Assembly (NCBI GenBank): GCA_020184695.1
Contig: JAANOX010000215.1
Coordinates: 1-28,665, forward strand
DNA: 28,665 bases
Reading direction: 5' to 3'
Source: Histomonas meleagridis 2922-C6/04-290x
Lineage: Eukaryota; Protista; Parabasalia
The notes under the pieces are model-generated. The model had not been told where the DNA came from. It ran no database searches and saw only the letters and a list, made by a program, of their open reading frames with translations. Below are positions 21,712 through 28,665 of this stretch, piece by piece (within the stretch, counting starts at the first letter, position 1; each line of letters opens with the position of its first letter). A program made the position numbers and the translations under genes.

Positions 21712-22543
21712 TAAATAATAAATCTAGAATTGGATGTGTTTTGTGTTTCATTTGTTATATTCATTAATATATTCATATTTTATGACTGAGCTCAGTTCTG
21801 TAACGATCATATCGCATTTAAAAAGTCCTAAATAATGATATAATGAAGTCTTAAAAAACAAAAATAAGGGAAAAATTTAAATAATTTTTTCTTCTTAATA
21901 ATCACATGTATGTCGTAATATCTTTATAACATCGTAGGGGTTTTCTCGCAGAAATATCATTTAGATGATGTAAGAAAATATAATCAAAAGATCTGATTAC
22001 ATTAAAATTTTTGAATTTATGAAATTTTTTGATACCATCAAAAAGAAGAAACTTTATAATATTTCTTATTAATAAACTCTAATTTGGCATAAACTTATTT
22101 TTTTATAGGTGCTAGTTACAAAAAATTTGAACGCGAAAACTAACATTGCTATTTTTTTTTATTATATGGAATATTATCTCGAACGAAAAAATTGTTGGGA
22201 GTAGTATTTATAAATCACAGTTCATTATTTCAGATTTCGGAATCATGATAAAGAAAAAAGTAAAAATTTTGATTTTTACATAATCATTAAAATTTAGCTC
22301 AATAAGTAATAAATACCATTATATGAATAAGAATCGCTAGTATAGTTAAATAAATAAGTGTAGTGAGTAGAAATGTTGCTGAAATTAACGGTCGATATAT
22401 CACCACTTTTTGCATAGTTTACATTTAGATATCTAACTTGATATTTAACGATCAAAATTTATCTAAAAAGTCGATGGAAATAAAATATTTATGATCTTTT
22501 TCAATACTTTATATTCGATGTTGACTATTCAATTTTTTACATT

Positions 22544-22567
22544 CATGTCACTTTTAAAAGTGACATG
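22544..22567. repeat. Perfect 24-bp palindrome CATGTCACTTTTAAAAGTGACATG
   Basis: Self-reverse-complementary with no spacer, centred on TTAA. Confidence 0.9.
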
Positions 22568-23310
22568 TTCAAAAAGCTCTATCGTATTGCTATCGTCGGC
22601 TTGTTCCATATTCTGGGGCACTCCACAAATTTAACAATCAATGACTTATATAAAAGTCGGATGATATCTTAAAATGATTTCTAATGGATGTATTATCAAT
22701 TAATAGTCAAGCAATAAATTGGTCAAGCATTTTATTCATACACTATATCTGATTATCTTTTTTTGACCTTAAATGATATATAAACTTTATTTTTCTTATA
22801 TTTATGTGACTGCCTGATTTAAATTATTAAGATATTAGGATATTCTAAAAATCTAAAAATTAAATATTACCAAGAATTGTACTTGATATTTAGTAACTTT
22901 ATCTATTTGTATAGATATGGATTTGTCACTTTTATTTTGGGATAAATTCTCTTTAAAATTTTTCGGGCAATCGCTTAATAACACGCGACTTTTTCTGAGG
23001 AAATTTGAATGCTTTATTCCCACTTTTGAGTACATGTATGAGAAAAGGAAAAATAACACGCCATTTTTGTGTGATTTATTCTGGCATTAAAGCAAGTCAT
23101 CTTGTAGCATCTTTAAATGAAAACATGGTGAAACATTCATTTGTGAACGCAACGGCGACATTTTAAAAAGGAGAATTTGGAATTCCAACAGTTTACAATA
23201 GATTCTCGAATATGCTTATTCTCACATGATTTATGATGTTCTTTTTTCATGAACTGTTAAACTGTATATTCACATTTTTGATATTATGAGTTTAATATAT
23301 TAAGTTTTTA

Positions 23311-23996
23311 TTAAGTAGCTAAAACATTTTTTGGACATCTAGGTGCAGTATGAGTATCACCTCCACATATACTGCAACGATATTTCTTCTTCACTTTTTT
23401 AGCGCCTGCTTTATCCACATTGTTTCTTAAATATCTTGAAGGCGCTCCAGAAATCTGTATGTGTTCTGGTGGAAGAATATCTCCATCTTCTCCTGTTTCA
23501 TGTTCAAGCGAGCATAAATCATTTAAGGCTTTGTCTAGAATATTTCTAATTTCAAGAGACCGATTCGCGAGGGAGAAAAAACGTTCAGATTTATCAATGC
23601 AATTACTGTAACTCCAATTGTTTTCTTTGTTTTTTGGCCGTAAATATCTTTCGATGGTATTTAGATTATCGATTTTATTTTCGTTAGTGATTATCCATCT
23701 ACAAGGTATGTCATTGATTGTTAAGAGTGGGTTCTTATCTTCTTTAATTCTCATTAGAATAAGGTGTTTACAAGGGAGATTGTATAATGTATGATTTTTG
23801 CAGCAGGTCTCAGAGTATGGGATAGACAATACACCATTTAGTTTGAGGTCCATATATTCGAAGAATATCATTGCTGACACAAATGTACCGAGTTTTTTCG
23901 AATCTTCTTTGCTCATTAATTCTCGTGGGATAATTGTTGGTTTATCCACTTTTAGATAATATTCTAAGTCTTTCACCTTTTAAATAAATTGCATAT
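23311..23996 (-). pseudogene. 3' part of a MULE transposase (SWIM + CCHC), cut by the Maverick insertion
   Basis: CCKNHTLYNLPCKH (SWIM-like) and CSICGGDTHTAPRC (knuckle); the coding sequence abuts the (AC)n terminus at 23997. Confidence 0.8.
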
Positions 23997-24192
23997 ACAC
24001 ACACACACACACAGCGCTATGTGAGCTTCGTGCTACGCACTCGCTCCCACTCGCGCTACATAAACTAAAGGATGAACGGCTAAAATCGATTGAATTCTCA
24101 TAAATCGGTTGGTTTTGATTGAAAGTAATAAAATATATTTAAATTCATGATGACATTTATATTTAAAATGTGTGAGGCATTAATCCGGCTGA

Positions 24193-24920
24193 GTTGTTGT
24201 TAATACTATGTGGATTTTAGTGTTTTGTTGTTAATCCTATGTGGATTTTAGTGTTTGGAGCTTAAAGTTTTATATGCTACTTAACAACCTAACCTAACTT
24301 AACTTAACCTATCATTAAAAATTCGAGAAAGCCTTTTCGTAAAAGTCCATATATTTTTGAGGTTGAATTCTAACTTGATGACTTGACGTGAATTTTACAT
24401 GTTTACTGCTGCTAACTATAAGTTCACGGAAAAGTTGCTGTTAATTCTATGTCGAAAGTTGTGTTTTGATGTTAATCCTATGTGGAAAGTTGTGTTTGGA
24501 GCTTAAAGTTTTATATGCTACTTAACAACCTAACCTAACTTAACTTAACCTACCATTAAAAATTCGAGAAAGCCTTTTCGTAAAAGTCCATATATTTTTG
24601 AGGTTGAATTCTAACTTGATGACTTGACGTGAATTTTACATGTTTACTGCTGCTAACTATAAGTTCACGGAAAAGTTGCTGTTAATTCTATGTCGAAAGT
24701 TGTGTTTTGATGTTAATCCTATGTGGAAAGTTGTGTGTTGTTGTTAAAATATTTCTACTGCTACTTAACAACCTAACCTAACTTAACTTAACCTACCATT
24801 AAAAATTCGAGAAAGCCTTTTCGTAAAAGTCCATATATTTTTGAGGTTGAATTCTAACTTGATGATATGACGTGAATTTTACATGTTTACTGCTGCTGAT
24901 GATGATTAATTGACGGAAAA
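24193..24920. repeat. Three tandem copies of a ~241-bp unit (starts 24193, 24434, 24675)
   Basis: Period 241 read directly. Each unit has two ~32-bp subrepeats and a TAACAACCTAACCTAACTTAACTTAACCTA pentamer tract. Confidence 0.95.
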
Positions 24921-25045
24921 GGCTTATTTTTATGTTGAATGTTGTATTTAGTGCTGTTTCTTGATGTTGTAGTTCAGAAAACGCTTGTTTGCTCAGAAAA
25001 AATAAAGTTAGTTTTTTTAAATTTAATTTTTTTATTTGTATATAA

Positions 25046-25754
25046 ATGTGTGATAAGTTAGTTCCACTTACTGCAACAACAACTCTTGAAAATTACGTTT
25101 ACGTTTACGGCAAAAGTTTAATGAAATGTACTATTAATGATTGTCCGATTGAGGTTTTCAAACCACAATCAAATTATTATAATTCTTTGTTGTGGAACAT
25201 AGAGCATTTCGAAAGCGTTATTAAACACAGTGAAGAAAAATTAAAACTATTCGACAAAGAAGCAATTGAAACTTACGTTAATGAAAATTTTGATGATTCA
25301 TATGATACTTTAGATCATAAAATCGAAAAGAAATTAAAACAATACGACGCTATTATCGGAAAATATGAATTAGATAAAGATGATTTAGAAGATATTGAAA
25401 ATTTAAAGAACATGCAAAAGAACCTTCCCGAAATAATTGAAGATAGATTAATAAATAAATATTATCGTGAGAATCACATATACAAAGAAATGGAACAAGA
25501 ACTCCAAGAGCAAATAGTAGTTTACGATCGATTAGCTCACCAACAAAAAAATTTACATTGGTTGAATGGAAAGAAAAAAATGTTTACAGAGAGAGCAAAA
25601 AGAAGAAAGAAAAAAATTGATTGAGTTTTTGTCGATTCCTCATTCAAACAAAGATGTTATAAGAAATCTTAATGAATTTGTTCATGAATTTGTCAATAAG
25701 AATTATACGGAATTGTTGGACGAAAACTATGACATGTATAAAAAAATGCTTTGA
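25046..25754 (+). CDS. Hypothetical coiled-coil-rich Maverick accessory protein, probably one gene frameshifted near 25570
   Basis: Overlapping ORFs 25046-25624 and 25566-25754 with A-rich runs at the junction; no recognisable family. Confidence 0.5.
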
Positions 25755-25976
25755 TGAAATCAGCCGAAACAAATACGAAAAAAACTATACGAAATGTATT
25801 TGACACTAAGTCATCACAAAAAAAGTAATTAAAGCGTTTACCGAACACAATCAAACTTTAATTAATAGATTACAATTTCTAATCGCAAAAAAATACAATT
25901 TAATGAAACAGAAGAGTATTTAACAATTGAACAATATTTAAAGAAATCATTTGAAAAATTTATTTCTGATCATTTT

Positions 25977-26423
25977 ATGACCATTTATAATTTTATGAAA
26001 AACTCCATCGGTTCAATAGCTAAAAGTTCAATAACATTTGAAAATTCAACTGCAATAAAAGTTTATGCTCAGTCAATCGTAAGAGATATAAATCAAATTT
26101 TAATTAGAGACTTACCGGAAGTATTAGAAAGTAGATTTTCCGATTATATTCAAACGTTAATGGAGAATTTAGGAATTAATACAGAAGAGAAACAAGAAGT
26201 AAAAACAAAAGTTCAGAGTATTGAATTAAGTTTTGATTCATTTCTTGCTTCAGTTCCTGACGGAGAATTAGAGATTGGTGAATTGTGTGATATGTATAAT
26301 AATTACTTCGGAACAGATTTAACAACAAGAAGCTTTTCATTATTGAAAGTCGTTAAAGAACACTTTAATAAAAGATCAACCGTTAGAAACAAGAAGAAAA
26401 TCACATACTATGCAAAATGCTGA
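25977..26423 (+). CDS. Hypothetical Maverick accessory protein (148 aa), possible C-terminal winged-helix-like DNA-binding domain
   Basis: Intact ORF with Inr TCATTT at 25970-25975 just upstream. Domain call is an inference from the segment VPDGELEIGELCDMYNNYFG...RSFSLLK. Confidence 0.6.
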   Translation: MTIYNFMKNSIGSIAKSSITFENSTAIKVYAQSIVRDINQILIRDLPEVLESRFSDYIQTLMENLGINTEEKQEVKTKVQSIELSFDSFLASVPDGELEIGELCDMYNNYFGTDLTTRSFSLLKVVKEHFNKRSTVRNKKKITYYAKC

Positions 26424-26430
26424 ATTTCAT

Positions 26431-26486
26431 AAAAGGCTTTCTCGAATTTTTTTTGTTAGGTTAAGTTAAGTTAGGTTAGGTTGTTA
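26431..26486. repeat. Inverted copy of the pentamer tract + AAAAATTCGAGAAAGCCTTTT motif of the 241-bp unit
   Basis: Reverse complement matches 24282-24337 with a perfect 30-bp pentamer tract; sits between two convergent stop codons. Confidence 0.9.
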
Positions 26487-26513
26487 GGTTTACTTCTAAA
26501 ATATTCTTCGGTC

Positions 26514-27698
26514 TTAAGACCTCAATGCTTCGAAGAAGCTTTTTTCAATTTCTGACTGTTTATGAGGAGTATTACCGCGGAGAAATGAAGCAGGAATTTC
26601 ATCTTGATATGAACGTTGCCCAGGAACGGTAAAAAGTACTTTATACTTATTCGTTTTAGGGTTAAATGACAAAATTGACTCAACAGAACCAACCCATTTA
26701 CCAGGAATAGTTGACGAGGCCTTTGTGCTCCATTCATTTAATATTATTTGGTTTATTCTTACCAATCGGTATTAGTTTGTATCTTGGTTTAGTAATTACT
26801 GTTCCGTCTTGAGCAATTAAAACGTACATATTTCCTTTCCGTTCATCAATTTTATAACATTCACGACTTATTTGAAATCTTTTTAGTTATGCCATTATGA
26901 CGCGGTAATATATAGCGTACAAAAAGAGCCAACAGGAAGAATTAAATTCTTAATACATTTTTTTGTTTTTTTCAGAAGATTCTAAACATTTAAATATATA
27001 TTCTTTTTTTATATTTTTTTTATCAGACATTTCTTTTGTAGAATAACCGTTTGCTCCATGGTAAGTATTATTATAAATATTTAGAAACTTTTTTTCATTC
27101 TTTCTGGAGTAATAAATGTGTATTTTTTTCATCATGTGATTGATGTTTAGATTTTTTTCCGTTGGAGTATTCATATCTCTTATTGTTCGCATGAATCTAT
27201 CAATAATGCCTAAAGACGAATGGTTTTTTTGTCTGATATAGTATGAACGGCAACTTTATTTTTTTAGAAAGAAGTTTTTAAATTATTCTTTTCAATAAAT
27301 GCTGGTTCTTCATCTGACGTTAATTTTACCGGATGGAATTTGACAATGAATTGGTTTTAATGTTTCATGAACAGCAGACGCTGATTTTGACATTAACGGC
27401 AGACAATAAACATATCTATTATTTGTGCCAATAAACACGTGCCAATAACGAGGATTTTTATTTTTTCCATTATCATATAAATCATGAAACCAACAATTTG
27501 GAATAGTTGAAAATATTTTTATCATATAAGGTTTTATATCTTTTTTGTTTTAATAAATTTATCCTTCAATCTCCTTGATATTACTTTTTTAATTTTCTTT
27601 TCACTAACATTTGGAAATTTATTTTGCACGTGTTTTTTAACGTGACTGTAAGTTTTAAAATGTGTTTTGTCAATTTCTTTATTGATGTTTTGACTCAT
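26514..27698 (-). pseudogene. Maverick retroviral-like integrase with C-terminal chromodomain, frameshifted
   Basis: WFHDLYD (D1), KLTSDEEPAF (D2), HSSLGIIDRFMRTIRD, YNNTYH, then VESILSFNPKTNKYKVLF...QDEIPASFLR (chromo-like). Frameshifts fall mostly at A runs. Confidence 0.85.
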
Positions 27699-27734
27699 TT
27701 AAGAGTTATTAAAACGTTTTTTTAATTATATTAA

Positions 27735-28198
27735 ATGGGATTAGGTCGTATATTCGGTGGAATAAGAAAATTTATTCAAAATGCAGGACGACTTGTAAGA
27801 AATGTTATTGATAAAGGAAAGAGAATTTACGGTAAGGTCTCGCCAATAATCAGTCGAGGAATTGAATTTGGTAAAAAGATTCCAGGAATAATTGATACAG
27901 TAAGAAAGCGTAAAGGAGATATAACAGATAAAAAAGATAAAATAGTTGATGCAGTTCCTGACGGTAAGATTAAAGACAAAAATTAAACGAGCCGTAGATA
28001 AAAGGCAAAGAAGTAGCCGAACGTGTTTTAGACACAGGTAAAAAGATTTCGGATAAAACTCAACCGTGGATTCAAGCAGGCGATAAATTTAAACAATGGA
28101 TCGAACACGAACAAAATTTAGGTAAGCAACAAAGATATCAAATGAAACCTGCGGTAATGAAACCTCAACCAAGAGTAATGATTCCTGGATTAATGTGA
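27735..28198 (+). CDS. Adenovirus pVI-like membrane-lytic/virion protein of Maverick; frameshifted near 27985-28005
   Basis: N-terminal basic amphipathic helix MGLGRIFGGIRKFIQNAGRLVRNVIDKGKRIYGKV. Coding continues in other frames (DKGKEVAERVLDTGKK...PGLM*). Confidence 0.55.
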
Positions 28199-28236
28199 TT
28201 CATTAAATGATTTTTTGATTTTTTTATATTTAATAA

Positions 28237-28557
28237 ATGGCAGAGAACGAGACTGAACGGCTCTACGAGCCTGAGCTCCTTCGGAGCGAAACAGAAATTG
28301 TTTTGGATGATGAAAACGAAAATGTGAATGAAGAAAAAACTTCGGATGTTAAGATAACAAAGAAAGCAGTCTCGCCGAGGCTCGATCCTTCCAAAAGGTC
28401 GGTAAAAGATTTAACACAAGAAGAAAAAGAAATTATAATTGCTAATGCTAAAAAAGGAATTGAAAATGAATTTTTTGACGTCAAATTTTTCAAGAACGGT
28501 AACGCTAGAGTTACAGCAAAGAAATCAAAAACTCCAACGGTTAGTCAAAAAAAGTAA
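28237..28557 (+). CDS. Hypothetical Maverick protein; probably continues past a frameshift
   Basis: ORF with acidic N-terminus and DLTQEEKEIIIANAKKGIENEFFDVKFFKNG; ends in an A run. Confidence 0.55.
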   Translation: MAENETERLYEPELLRSETEIVLDDENENVNEEKTSDVKITKKAVSPRLDPSKRSVKDLTQEEKEIIIANAKKGIENEFFDVKFFKNGNARVTAKKSKTPTVSQKK

Positions 28558-28665
28558 TTAAAAAAACAACAACTACGGTAAAGTTTATTTATCAAACGAT
28601 CAATTATTAATGGAGCATAAAATTTAAGTAAATTCACGATTAGATAAATAAACAAGTAAGCATAA

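Larger units (their letters stand above)
23997..28665. mobile_element. Left part of a Maverick/Polinton element, continues beyond the window
   Basis: (AC)8 terminus, chromodomain-bearing retroviral-like integrase, pVI-like amphipathic protein and compact accessory ORFs. Confidence 0.88.

Noticed and set aside
22615-22630. GGGGCACTCCA as left terminus of the MULE at 23311-23996
   Set aside because: Only a loose resemblance to the 7579 terminus; the partner end and TSD are outside the window.
24193-24920. CRISPR-like array
   Set aside because: The sequences between the ~32-bp subrepeats are identical across units, so there are no unique spacers. No cas genes; eukaryotic context.
26431-26486. 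Telomere or telomeric remnant (TTAGG)
   Set aside because: Only a few mixed TTAGG/TTAAG units, internal to a Maverick and identical to the subterminal tract.

Overview
Very AT-rich eukaryotic DNA, most likely from a parabasalid (Trichomonas/Tritrichomonas-like). This assignment is an inference from TCATTT initiator motifs just upstream of ATGs, an IS481EU-type element and Trichomonas-style Maverick genes. The window is almost entirely transposon DNA and I see no intact host gene. It opens with the right end of one Maverick/Polinton (1-571) and closes with the left 4.7 kb of a second one (23997-end: (AC)n terminus, 3x241-bp repeat, accessory ORFs, chromodomain integrase, pVI-like protein). Between them lie decayed pogo, Tc1, IS630-like, mariner (3 copies with TIRs) and MULE elements. 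These include a nest that can be resolved to the base: a pogo element carries a mariner in its left TIR and a MULE (9-bp TSD) in its ORF, and that MULE carries an IS481EU (16-bp TSD) in its right TIR. The most notable signals are (1) a subterminal hairpin conserved by compensatory base changes between the two Maverick ends, (2) a MULE transposase with an apparent N-terminal OB fold, and (3) an IS481EU inserted into a stem-loop of a MULE TIR. All protein calls come from reading motifs by eye; no searches were run.
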